Translations under genes and position numbers: made by a program
Virus record (IMG/VR): IMGVR_UViG_2808606954_000002
Location: 1-64,000 of that record
From: a virus
Taxonomy: Duplodnaviria > Caudoviricetes
DNA: 64,000 nucleotides
Strand: one strand, 5' to 3'
Part shown: piece by piece, positions 45,713-54,018 of the stretch
Position numbering within the stretch: the first letter of the stretch is position 1
Layout of the letters: every line of letters starts with the position of its first letter
Notes under the pieces: model-generated
Told to the model about the DNA's origin: nothing
Databases searched by the model: none
What the model saw: the letters and a program-made list of their open reading frames with translations, nothing else

Positions 45713-46428
45713 CACCCAACCTCCTTGATCTGATCTATGTTTTGTTTGATGACGCGGAATGTGTAGGCCGCAACCCATGGGTTAGGGTAAATGTAATGGG
45801 GTTTACCGCGATGCGTTTCTGTACGGCGGGTGCCGTCCCACGGAAAGCTCTCAAAATGGCTGATCTTGCCATCGCCGCCCGTCACTGGCTTCGGCTTGGT
45901 GTTGATGCTATTCCAGAGGATGGCATAGGCTTGCTTTGGGTTTGTCGCGTAATGGCTATCCGCATCCGTGCCGTAGTGGATCAATGGCCCGTCAAGCTTG
46001 TGAATGCCCTCTGCAATTGCATCCGCCTCACTAATATCCTGCAAGCGCTCTATTCGCACGTCTGTGACAGTCAGTGTGATACGGCTGGCCCAACGCGGCA
46101 TGAAAATGGATGGCCGCCAAGTATAGCCGCGCGCTTTCGCGTCAAGATCAGCGCAGGGGTCTGTTGCGGCAAAGCGCAGTTCGCACGGCTCGTGCTTGGT
46201 TGGTTTAAAATCGCCAAACGTCAGGCCTTGCCACGTTTCTTTGACCCAAAGCCGGTCGCCAACCTGATATTTGGTGTTAAACGCACCTGTTGCGACCTGG
46301 ACTGAAATATCATCATCAAAATCAAATGGCGGCGGCGGGGTAAAGATTCGGCGGGTTTGCGTCTTTCGATCATCCAAGAGCGCGCGGACCATCGGGCCGC
46401 TAAAAAGGATTGGTTTATCGGCCATCAC
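45712..46428 (-). CDS. ASCH-like phage protein
   Basis: PILFSGPMVRALLDDRKTQTRR, GDRLWVKE, WRPSIFMPRWASRITL. Confidence 0.75.
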   Translation of the reverse strand: MMADKPILFSGPMVRALLDDRKTQTRRIFTPPPPFDFDDDISVQVATGAFNTKYQVGDRLWVKETWQGLTFGDFKPTKHEPCELRFAATDPCADLDAKARGYTWRPSIFMPRWASRITLTVTDVRIERLQDISEADAIAEGIHKLDGPLIHYGTDADSHYATNPKQAYAILWNSINTKPKPVTGGDGKISHFESFPWDGTRRTETHRGKPHYIYPNPWVAAYTFRVIKQNIDQIKEVG

Positions 46429-46832
46429 GCACCTGCCTTTTCTGAAAGCTTATGCTTGTCGATGGCCGCAATCGCATGGTCGTAGCCCGCCATGACTGCG
46501 CCTTTGACTTCGTTGCGCGCAATTTTGCGAGCGCGGGGCGTTGATAGGTCAAAGGCCTGCACGGTCATGATGGCCAGCGCTTCGCCGGTCATCATCCATA
46601 GGGCCGTTTGCAGCTGGATGGGGTCCAGCGAAAACTTGATGTTTGCGCTATTCACGCTTTCGACCACAGCGGCGGTCATAAAGCGACCGATGTGCAAGAG
46701 GCATCTTTCGTCTTCTGTCAGCGTCGTGTCTGGATCTTCAACCGACAGGGCCATCAAATCCAATATCTCATGGCCTTGCGCAAATTTATGATCAATCAGT
46801 TCAAAAAGGCCTTTCGTTTTTGTTGCCATCAC
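46425..46832 (-). CDS. Phage hypothetical protein
   Basis: Coupled ORF in the leftward operon. Confidence 0.6.
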   Translation of the reverse strand: MMATKTKGLFELIDHKFAQGHEILDLMALSVEDPDTTLTEDERCLLHIGRFMTAAVVESVNSANIKFSLDPIQLQTALWMMTGEALAIMTVQAFDLSTPRARKIARNEVKGAVMAGYDHAIAAIDKHKLSEKAGA

Positions 46833-47032
46833 GCACCCCCCTTGATCATTTTAACCTTGCTGATTGCCAAGCCTTCGCGGCTCCCACGCTTGCGGGCCTC
46901 GGCTGGGTTTCCGGCGCTAACGTCTGCGGTTGAGCCGTCCGAAAAATGCAGGCGGAACGGGGTCAGGTTTTCGGGATTTGTGGGATAAGCCTCATTATGA
47001 GACTTGGCGTCTACTGTGCTTTGTTCTGCCAT
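46829..47032 (-). CDS. Phage hypothetical protein
   Basis: Coupled small ORF. Confidence 0.55.
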   Translation of the reverse strand: MAEQSTVDAKSHNEAYPTNPENLTPFRLHFSDGSTADVSAGNPAEARKRGSREGLAISKVKMIKGGA

Positions 47033-47550
47033 TTTCTGAAATCTTTCTTGAGGTTAGCCCATTTGTGCGCGGCGGCCTGGTCGTGGTCGAGGTCGCTGCG
47101 GGAACCGATATTGAGAATTGAGCGCACACGGTTGGCGGCGGCGTCTTTGCCGGTGCTTTCCAGCCCGTGGCACTCGCGAAGAAAGGCTTGAAATTCAGCT
47201 TTTGCACAAAGCATGGCGCAATCACGCGCAAGCTTTGGGGCCTTGAGCTGGTCATTCTCGGCCTGCAACCTTGCGGCCTGTTGTTGGGCCTCGGCAACCT
47301 GCTGTGTGCGCCGGTCCAGCAACACCAAAAGTGCCGCCGCGTTGCGATAGGCATTGATGACCAATTCCGCGTCGTCAAACGGTGGCGACTTTGCCAGCCG
47401 CGCCACCGGCAAAGCCGGAAACCCATGGCCTTCGCGGGTCAAAATTGTCCGCTCACCGTTATGGTCCACAGCAACGGACCATTCCGGTGCGGCCAAGGCC
47501 ACGGTTTGGCGGATTTTCGGCAACAGCGCGGCGGCCTGTTCTACGTTCAA
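47011..47550 (-). CDS. Phage hypothetical protein
   Basis: TTG start at 47550 with GAGGAGG RBS. Confidence 0.6.
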   Translation of the reverse strand: MNVEQAAALLPKIRQTVALAAPEWSVAVDHNGERTILTREGHGFPALPVARLAKSPPFDDAELVINAYRNAAALLVLLDRRTQQVAEAQQQAARLQAENDQLKAPKLARDCAMLCAKAEFQAFLRECHGLESTGKDAAANRVRSILNIGSRSDLDHDQAAAHKWANLKKDFRKWQNKAQ

Positions 47551-48407
47551 CCGTTTGCCTCCTCGCTGGTTGCGGGGGCGGGCGGATGCGTCAGAAAATG
47601 CGCCGGTATGTCGGGAATGTCGCAGGCGGTCTGATGCGCGTAGAGGCCTATAAATTCCGGGCATTTATCGATCTGTAAAATGCTGACGCCTGCCAAATAC
47701 GCATTGGTAGTCGGCTGCACACCACCTTGTTTTGCGGTGTGTTGCATATGCAGGGCTGACTTATGCAGCGCCGCAAAATGCTCGTGAATGCGGACAAAGG
47801 GAGCTGTTAGCGCCGGATTGAAGAACGACTTGCTTCCTGTTGCATCGGGCGAGTTAAGCGCTTTGCGAAGTAATGCGCGCCAATTCCATTGGATTCCTGC
47901 ACTAGCCCTGTAGTCCATACCGCTGTTGTGGTATCTGAAACTTGCTGATCTCGAGTAAAGGGCGGGCTGGAAATAGTTGTCCTCTTCCGCCCAATCAGGG
48001 TGCCGCATTTTGGGGCTGATGTGAATACCGGCGTCATAAAAATAGGCTGTGCCTGGCTGTGCCCATGCTGGCGCTTGCAGTGTATAACTTCCGCCTTCGA
48101 AGGTCATGAATGTCGGCTCTGGTCCTTTGGCAACATCATAGGCGGCCTCTGGGATGTCCAATGTCATTGGTTCGGTTGCACGGCCATCAGGATCGTGGAT
48201 CACTGCTAGCGTAAGGCCGCACGTTGCCGTGAGATACACGCCGCCGATCTCTGCTGGCTCAATACTAAGCGCGCCTTTCCAGAGCCGCAGCTCATCGCCG
48301 TGACTGTTTGCTTCATCCACTATCGGTTTCAAAATGTGGAGATATTTCGCTTTTGTGAAAGCAAGTAGGCTTTTAACTTTCGTCTGTGGTTGCTTGGTTT
48401 CCGTCAT
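47547..48407 (-). CDS. Beta-clamp-like fold protein (tentative)
   Basis: GVYLTATCGLTLAVIHD resembles the clamp motif ATDGHRL. Confidence 0.45.
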   Translation of the reverse strand: MTETKQPQTKVKSLLAFTKAKYLHILKPIVDEANSHGDELRLWKGALSIEPAEIGGVYLTATCGLTLAVIHDPDGRATEPMTLDIPEAAYDVAKGPEPTFMTFEGGSYTLQAPAWAQPGTAYFYDAGIHISPKMRHPDWAEEDNYFQPALYSRSASFRYHNSGMDYRASAGIQWNWRALLRKALNSPDATGSKSFFNPALTAPFVRIHEHFAALHKSALHMQHTAKQGGVQPTTNAYLAGVSILQIDKCPEFIGLYAHQTACDIPDIPAHFLTHPPAPATSEEANG

Positions 48408-48706
48408 GGTTCGTCCTTGAAATAGGGGATTTGTCTTGGTGGGGCGGGAAGGGCCAAAAGCTCTTTGGCTTTGGCAATTCGTGGGCTTGGCCCTAAGGTT
48501 TTTGCGGCTTTGGCGGGGGGGGGTTCGGCTGCATCTTGCTCGGCCTGGGCCTGAGAGAGTTGGCGCAGCAATTCGCCAAGGTCGTAAGGATCGCGGGTTA
48601 TAAGCTCCACTTTCAGGGTCGATTCAGTGCCCCTGCTGGTTTGCCGCGTGGCGGCTGAAAAGGTTTTCAGCCTTGTGCCGGGGTGGCTCCAATAAAGTAT
48701 GCTCAT
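48404..48706 (-). CDS. Phage hypothetical protein
   Basis: Coupled ORF. Confidence 0.6.
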   Translation of the reverse strand: MSILYWSHPGTRLKTFSAATRQTSRGTESTLKVELITRDPYDLGELLRQLSQAQAEQDAAEPPPAKAAKTLGPSPRIAKAKELLALPAPPRQIPYFKDEP

Positions 48707-49053
48707 CGGGCCAGTTCCATGCGCCGTTCGCGGTCTGCAATGGCCGCCACTTGCGCACCAATGCGCGCCACTGTGATGCGGTGGCCAAGCTTGGTGGTCA
48801 TTTCAAAGCGGGGGATGGTGGCCGCTGTTTCGCGGCTGGGCAGGGTTGAGGGCTTTTTGGGCTTGCGGGGTTTCAAGGCTTTCCTCCTTGTGGGTTGCAG
48901 ACACAAACCGGCCATCGCGGCCCACGGCATGGGCGCGTTGTGCGTGTTTTTGTCGGGTGGGTCCGTTCGGGAAACCGCAAGCGGCGGGCTTGCGGAAACC
49001 GGAAAGGGCCGGGTTAGACGGTTTCGCGGGTCATGCTGATGCACTCCCGACAT
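48703..49053 (-). CDS. Phage hypothetical protein (start uncertain; 5' part overlaps a structured element)
   Basis: ORF track; the N-terminus looks like translated structured RNA. Confidence 0.4.
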   Translation of the reverse strand: MSGVHQHDPRNRLTRPFPVSASPPLAVSRTDPPDKNTHNAPMPWAAMAGLCLQPTRRKALKPRKPKKPSTLPSRETAATIPRFEMTTKLGHRITVARIGAQVAAIADRERRMELAR

Positions 49054-49495
49054 TTGCCCGCCTTACGGAAATGCCCTTGAGAAAATCGCGAAAACTCAGA
49101 TCGCTACTGTCGCTAAAGCGCAAAAAGGCTGCGTATTTGGCTGCCGACGCGCTTTTGTCCACCAAAACCATCGTGTGCGCGCCGTCGAGAGAAAGACGCG
49201 ACCCAACTATGACCTCATAAGCTTTATGTGGATCTTTGATTTCTTTCAGGTGGTTCGAGAGCGCTTTGCGTCCAGCTTCGGTCACGTGGAATGCAGCCGT
49301 ACCGTACGCATCATGCCTGCCCTTTTTCCAGTTTGGCGAGGCGGCGAACTGTCGCGCAAGGGTGCTATTCGTACTTGTGACAAAATAATTCCGTGCCGTT
49401 TCCCCCAATGGATCGAAAGGTCGGCCAAGGGCGTGATCAATATGATCCATTTCTTTGTCGTCAAGTGAGCGGTCTATGGATGGATTCGTCATCAT
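49031..49495 (-). CDS. First large gene of the PL operon, hypothetical
   Basis: HALGRP...RNYFVT motif; downstream of PL. Confidence 0.6.
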   Translation of the reverse strand: MMTNPSIDRSLDDKEMDHIDHALGRPFDPLGETARNYFVTSTNSTLARQFAASPNWKKGRHDAYGTAAFHVTEAGRKALSNHLKEIKDPHKAYEVIVGSRLSLDGAHTMVLVDKSASAAKYAAFLRFSDSSDLSFRDFLKGISVRRANVGSASA

Positions 49496-49656
49496 GCCGA
49501 TGCTCTCTCAATGTTGTTGCGTGGTTCGGCGGCTGAAAAACGGCGCAGGAAATCCATCGGCAAGCGGCGCTTGCACGTTGAAATTCTACCCTGCTCGTGG
49601 TCTATATCGGTTTGGTTGTGGTGGTTTTGGGGTTGTTTTTCTGATGCAAGGAATAA

Positions 49657-49679
49657 GGGGAATTATTTCCCCATGTCAA
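49657..49679 (-). promoter_or_regulatory. PL promoter with OL operator
   Basis: Palindrome GGGGAATTATTTCCCC (49657-72) next to TTGACA on the minus strand (49674-79). Confidence 0.7.
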
Positions 49680-49725
49680 GAGGAGAAACTAGCCGCAGTA
49701 ATAGAGAGATACTTCTGGAGGTTTT

Positions 49726-50220
49726 ATGGGGAGAAAATCTGTTGCGTTGCTGATTTTGGCGGCATCTTCGCTTTCTGTGGCGGGGCTGGCTAGTAGTGAT
49801 GATCAGACGGACGCTAAACAGTCGGCTTTCAAGGAATGCCGCGCTCAAGGCTACTCTTACCTATCAGCATGTCTCAAAGTGTATATGAATGATGATAGCG
49901 TTGTGGCAGCCGATATGGGCAATCATCTTGATGTAGAGTTCACCACTCGGCCCCTAACAATCGACCTTTCAAAAAATGAGTATCTGCGAGATGTGAAATT
50001 TTATATTCCGCGCCTGTTCGACGTCTTCAAAGGTGCGGATAAAATCAATTTCACAATGTTTGCGCAAATGCGAACGGTTCAAGGAAATGACGTTACTATT
50101 AGGGCAATATCGACAACTATTTCTCGGAAAAAATCACTGAGTACAAACTGGCAAAATGTTGATATTAAAAAAATCCCTGCCTTTGCAGATGACTATTGGC
50201 AAGCGCCGTCCTATCGGTGA
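49726..50220 (+). CDS. Exported protein in the immunity region
   Basis: Signal-peptide-like N-terminus; AT-rich; GGAGG RBS. Confidence 0.7.
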   Translation: MGRKSVALLILAASSLSVAGLASSDDQTDAKQSAFKECRAQGYSYLSACLKVYMNDDSVVAADMGNHLDVEFTTRPLTIDLSKNEYLRDVKFYIPRLFDVFKGADKINFTMFAQMRTVQGNDVTIRAISTTISRKKSLSTNWQNVDIKKIPAFADDYWQAPSYR

Positions 50221-50232
50221 CGGAATTATCGT

Positions 50233-50604
50233 TTAGCTTTTCGCAATCTCCGTTGCTGTCGCGATAGTCCGCATTTTGCTGATCTGCTGCATTAAGATAG
50301 CCCTATCCCTGCCGCCTTGCTCTAACAGCACACCCGCAGCGCAGGTTGCTTTCAACCGGCCAATGATTGGCGTGTCTGTTTGCGCTGTCAGCCACAGCGC
50401 AACAACAGCGTCGGGCACCGGTTCGGTAACAGTTGCAAAAGCTACGTCCCCCGCGAAAAAGTAGGGTTCAAGGCTGGTATCAGGAATCACCACGGGAATT
50501 GGTTGTTCCTGGAAAAAGCTGCCTTTTGTCTCAGCGCTGGGTGCATTCTCATCATCTGAGTATTTCAGGTATTCCATTGCTTCCACGCGATTACCCCTTT
50601 CCAT
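50233..50604 (-). CDS. Stand-alone S24-like (CI C-terminal) domain lacking the catalytic Lys
   Basis: SLEPYFFAGD resembles CI SMEPQYFAGD; IIGRL where VKRL is expected; no HTH. Confidence 0.6.
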   Translation of the reverse strand: MERGNRVEAMEYLKYSDDENAPSAETKGSFFQEQPIPVVIPDTSLEPYFFAGDVAFATVTEPVPDAVVALWLTAQTDTPIIGRLKATCAAGVLLEQGGRDRAILMQQISKMRTIATATEIAKS

Positions 50605-50949
50605 GGGCAAAATGCCGGACGTTTTAATCGTACGTCAAGCACATCAATTGCGTGTGTTTTGCAACAATGGCGGGGCGGCTGTAAGCGGCTAAACCCTTGG
50701 TTATAAAAACTTTGAAAAATCAGCGTAGTTTATAGGATCATTTTTTAAGGATAACGTAAAATAGGTGTAACATGCCTATTTTTCTTTGTTTTTAGTTCTT
50801 TCTTATATTCCGAATTTACCCGATAATATTCATGGGTTTTTCGGAGCAGGCCATGGCGGCGGTTGTAGACACCATAGTTGATATACTCGCGCACATGAGT
50901 GCCGATGAGCGCGCCGCCTATGAAATCTGGCTCGGCTGCGCGGCCTGTC

Positions 50950-51333
50950 CTATGCTGTCTGATTGCGATTTTGGGCAGCAATATGGCGAGCTTTTTGCAG
51001 CGCCATCGGCAGGCGCTCCGGCTCCTGCCGTGCCAGCCGTGCCAGCCCCGCAAAAATAGCCGCCAACTGCTCCAACTGCTCGGCAATCTCTTCGTCGCTG
51101 CCCGGTTCAATCAACCGCGCCACCGGCTTTGCGCTGTTGTGCGGGTTGACGGTCAAAAGCTCGTGGATCGTGCATTGCAGCGCTGCTGCCAGCTTTTCCA
51201 GCGTTCTGGCGCTTGGGTTTTCCACGCCGCGCTCAATATCGGATATGTGTTGCGCGCCAATTTCGGCGCGGGCTGCAAGCTGCTTTTGGGCCAGGCGGCG
51301 GAATTTGCGCCACTCGCGAACAAAATTTTGCAT
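50950..51333 (-). CDS. XRE-family HTH regulator downstream of cI
   Basis: LAQKQLAARAEIGAQHISDIERG. Confidence 0.8.
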   Translation of the reverse strand: MQNFVREWRKFRRLAQKQLAARAEIGAQHISDIERGVENPSARTLEKLAAALQCTIHELLTVNPHNSAKPVARLIEPGSDEEIAEQLEQLAAIFAGLARLARQEPERLPMALQKARHIAAQNRNQTA

Positions 51334-51342
51334 GATTTGCGC

Positions 51343-52029
51343 TCACACGCCAAAATATTCGTTGTTGGTGACAACGCGATGCACCGATTTGACGGTTTCG
51401 CGCGGCAATTCCACCTGCGCGCCGGGCGGATTGCGCTTGCCAATCAGCAGCATCTTCTCAGTCTCGCGCACAAAAATGCCCACAGATGCCTCAATATCGG
51501 CATGTTCGCTGTTTTGGGTTTGCACAACAACGTTGTCGCCTGCCTTGTAAGGCCTGTGCGGATTGATCAGGATAAGATCACCGGCAAAATATTGCGGCTC
51601 CATGCTTTGGCCCACAACATAGAGGCCGTAAATATCGCGTTTGCCCATCAGGCCGGGCGGGCAGCGCACATGCTCAATCACGCCACCGGCAAGCTGAAAC
51701 GCCCCACGCGCCAAAGAGCCTGCGGCTGTGCCAAGCACCGGGATGGTCTTTGGCCATTCCGATGTTGGTGGCAGTGCGGACACGGCTGCTGTTTTGCGGG
51801 CAATCTCATCATCGGAAATGCTATGGTCGCCGCGCAACAGCCACTCCGTACTGACTTGCAAAACGGCTGCGATTTTATCGATGTTTTCCCCGCGCGGCGA
51901 TGAATTTGGATTTTTTAGCATCATCCGCAAATAGCTGCGGTCCCGCCCCATAGCAGCAGATACCTTGCCTGGGTTTAGGCCAAGCTCTTTTATGCGCTGT
52001 TTTATGCGCTCGTGGACCGGGTTTTTCAT
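51343..52029 (-). CDS. cI: CI-like repressor (HTH plus S24-like domain)
   Basis: HTH; GTAAGS; GQSMEP; Gly at the expected Lys position (SVGIF). Confidence 0.88.
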   Translation of the reverse strand: MKNPVHERIKQRIKELGLNPGKVSAAMGRDRSYLRMMLKNPNSSPRGENIDKIAAVLQVSTEWLLRGDHSISDDEIARKTAAVSALPPTSEWPKTIPVLGTAAGSLARGAFQLAGGVIEHVRCPPGLMGKRDIYGLYVVGQSMEPQYFAGDLILINPHRPYKAGDNVVVQTQNSEHADIEASVGIFVRETEKMLLIGKRNPPGAQVELPRETVKSVHRVVTNNEYFGV

Positions 52030-52050
52030 AGGTCCATTATCATCTGCTTT

Positions 52051-52110
52051 GGGGAATTCTTGAACGGGATATATATTACCTTGACAATGAGGAATCTTTT
52101 CCCCATTCAA
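52051..52110. promoter_or_regulatory. OR operators and PR promoter
   Basis: GAGGAATCTTTTCCCC (52089-104, 13/16 identical to OL); weaker copies at 52051 and 52065; TTGACA at 52081-86. The cro ATG lies about at the predicted +1 (leaderless). Confidence 0.65.
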
Positions 52111-52116
52111 TTCTCT

Positions 52117-52368
52117 ATGACCCTGAGAGACCAAATCACAAAAGTTGCCGAACTCTACCTCGCTGTCAGCGGGCAAGGTCGCACGACTGTTTCCAAGCGC
52201 GTCTTTAACCGTGGCTCTCGGCTTGATGAAATCATCGGCGGCAAAGACCTCGCTACCCGCATTTTCGAACGCGCCATGCAGTGGTTTTCCGACAACTGGC
52301 CTGATGGTGCCGCTTGGCCTGCTGATGTTCCGCGCCCCGCCGTTCAAACTGTGGAGGTCGCGCAATGA
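52117..52368 (+). CDS. Cro-like regulator
   Basis: Divergent from cI; WFSDNWPDGAAWP signature. Confidence 0.75.
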   Translation: MTLRDQITKVAELYLAVSGQGRTTVSKRVFNRGSRLDEIIGGKDLATRIFERAMQWFSDNWPDGAAWPADVPRPAVQTVEVAQ

Positions 52369-52664
52369 CAGGCTTTCGTTTTGTTCCCCCGACCGCGCCG
52401 GTTTCTCCTCCCGTTCGGCGCGGCAACTGCGACCGGGCTGGCGGACCTTTGGCCCGGTCGCCTTTTTATTCTCCAATAGCCCGGATGGTCTCCGTCCATG
52501 CATTCGGGCTTGCAGCAGGCCGGGGCCGCACTCCCCGGTCTGCTTTTCCATTGCTGGCTGCATTGACTGTTTCTCCCCGGCTCTGCGCTGCCAAGGCACT
52601 TTTGCAGGTTTGCACTGCGGCAATCGACGGGAAATTTCAAAAAATCTTCCCGGTTTCCCTTTGA
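52365..52664 (+). CDS. Hypothetical protein
   Basis: ATGA-coupled to cro; composition suspicious. Confidence 0.35.
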   Translation: MTGFRFVPPTAPVSPPVRRGNCDRAGGPLARSPFYSPIARMVSVHAFGLAAGRGRTPRSAFPLLAALTVSPRLCAAKALLQVCTAAIDGKFQKIFPVSL

Positions 52665-52681
52665 TTTTCAGGAGTTTGATG

Positions 52682-53194
52682 ATGGCAAGGATCAAAAAAG
52701 AAGAGATGAAAAAGCAGCCATGGTTCCCGGCTGTCAAGGTTGCGCAGCGCGCTTTGATCAAGGCGGTTGGCGGCATCGAAAGTGCGGCCGATTTGCTGGG
52801 TTTGTCCTCGACGCAAGTGGGCCGCTACAACAACAGCAACGACCCTGATCTGATGGCGCTGTGGGAAATCGTTGTTCTTGAGGATGCCATTGGCAAGGCC
52901 GTTCTCTCGCGCGCGCTGGCCATGCGGGTTGGCTCCATTGTTGTTGATTCGTCGGGTCCAGACTTTGGCGACGGCGGCGACCTCTCCGAAAACGCCATGA
53001 GCCTGACGGCATCACACGCGAAATGGTGGCTTGGCTTTTTGGAAGCGGCAGAAGACCACGTTTTCACCAATTCCGAAAAGCTTGGCCTGCTGCCGATGCT
53101 GCAAAGCGTCATCCAGACGGCAAGCACTATGGAACGCAACATCATGAAAGAGCTTGGTGCGGCACTTGCCAAAGCGGACGGTGAAAAGCGATGA
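52682..53194 (+). CDS. CII-like phage regulatory protein
   Basis: LIKAVGGIESAA...STQVGRYNN...LE motif; position after cro. Confidence 0.6.
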   Translation: MARIKKEEMKKQPWFPAVKVAQRALIKAVGGIESAADLLGLSSTQVGRYNNSNDPDLMALWEIVVLEDAIGKAVLSRALAMRVGSIVVDSSGPDFGDGGDLSENAMSLTASHAKWWLGFLEAAEDHVFTNSEKLGLLPMLQSVIQTASTMERNIMKELGAALAKADGEKR

Positions 53195-53421
53195 GCGACA
53201 CCCCGAACACCCTTTTCGAGCGCCCGCTGAGTGATGCTGCGCGGGCTTACTTGCGCAAGGTTAAACACCACGGCGGGCGGTTGGTCTTTACCGATGCGGA
53301 ACCGCAAGGGCTGGCCGTTGAATGCCGCCGTGCTGGTTACGTGCATATCAGCGATTCGGGCATGATCCTGCTGACCGGGCTTGGTCAGGCCTATCTCGAC
53401 CGGCTCATGAGGGCAAACTGA
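53191..53421 (+). CDS. Phage hypothetical protein
   Basis: Coupled ORF. Confidence 0.6.
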   Translation: MSDTPNTLFERPLSDAARAYLRKVKHHGGRLVFTDAEPQGLAVECRRAGYVHISDSGMILLTGLGQAYLDRLMRAN

Positions 53422-53651
53422 TGGCTCTCGCGCACATGCAAAAGCTGCGGCGTGTTTCTGGCTGTCCTGTCTGTGCGGCGGTTGTGAGTGCGCGCGTGTC
53501 TGAGCCGGATCTTGAGCAGGTCTATTTTGTCTGTGGGCAGGCGTTTGGCGCGGACACCTCGTCGCCAATCTCGGCTGATGACTATTGCCGTAACCGCGCC
53601 GATCTGGCCGCAGACCTCTGGAATGTTGAGTGCAGCAAAGCCACGGCATGA
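53421..53651 (+). CDS. Small Cys-rich phage protein
   Basis: CPVC...C...C; coupled start at 53421. Confidence 0.5.
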   Translation: MALAHMQKLRRVSGCPVCAAVVSARVSEPDLEQVYFVCGQAFGADTSSPISADDYCRNRADLAADLWNVECSKATA

Positions 53652-53791
53652 CACCGCGCCAACGTTACAAACTGCTGATCCGCTCATTGTGGGAGGATGG
53701 CACCAACACCACCGCCATCGCAGAGGCCATTGGCCTGCCAGAACAGGCGGTTTGCGACGTGATTGAATCAGAATTTTTTGGGGGCAGATGA
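53648..53791 (+). CDS. 47-aa HTH-like protein not in the ORF track
   Basis: MTPRQRYKLLIRSLWEDGTNTTAIAEAIGLPEQAVCDVI; ATGA overlaps on both sides. Confidence 0.55.
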   Translation: MTPRQRYKLLIRSLWEDGTNTTAIAEAIGLPEQAVCDVIESEFFGGR

Positions 53792-54018
53792 TGGCAACAG
53801 CGCGGGTGAGATTGCGGGTAACAAAGGTTTGCTGCCCTGCTTGCAAGGGGTCTGGAACGTATCTTTCGGCCTTTGTGTGCCACATATGCGGCGGTGAAAA
53901 GCGGGTAGAGCCAGTGGTCGCGTTTGATTTTATCAGGCGCATGACATGCTCGTGGCATCCTGACACTGCCGCAAAAGGTCGGCGGTTTTTGGATTGTTTG
54001 ATGGGGCTGCCGCTATGA
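53788..54018 (+). CDS. DnaJ-type zinc-finger small protein
   Basis: CPACKGSG...CHICGG. Confidence 0.55.
   Translation: MMATARVRLRVTKVCCPACKGSGTYLSAFVCHICGGEKRVEPVVAFDFIRRMTCSWHPDTAAKGRRFLDCLMGLPL

Noticed and set aside
50611-50640. Possible LexA box upstream of the CI-CTD paralogue
   Set aside because: GTAC/AAAC half-sites are not at N7 spacing; only a weak GACGT/ACGTC inverted repeat is present.
52030-52776. 477-aa version of cI and 349-aa version of the CII-like ORF
   Set aside because: The upstream extensions overlap cro and the operators; the real starts are 52029 and 52682.
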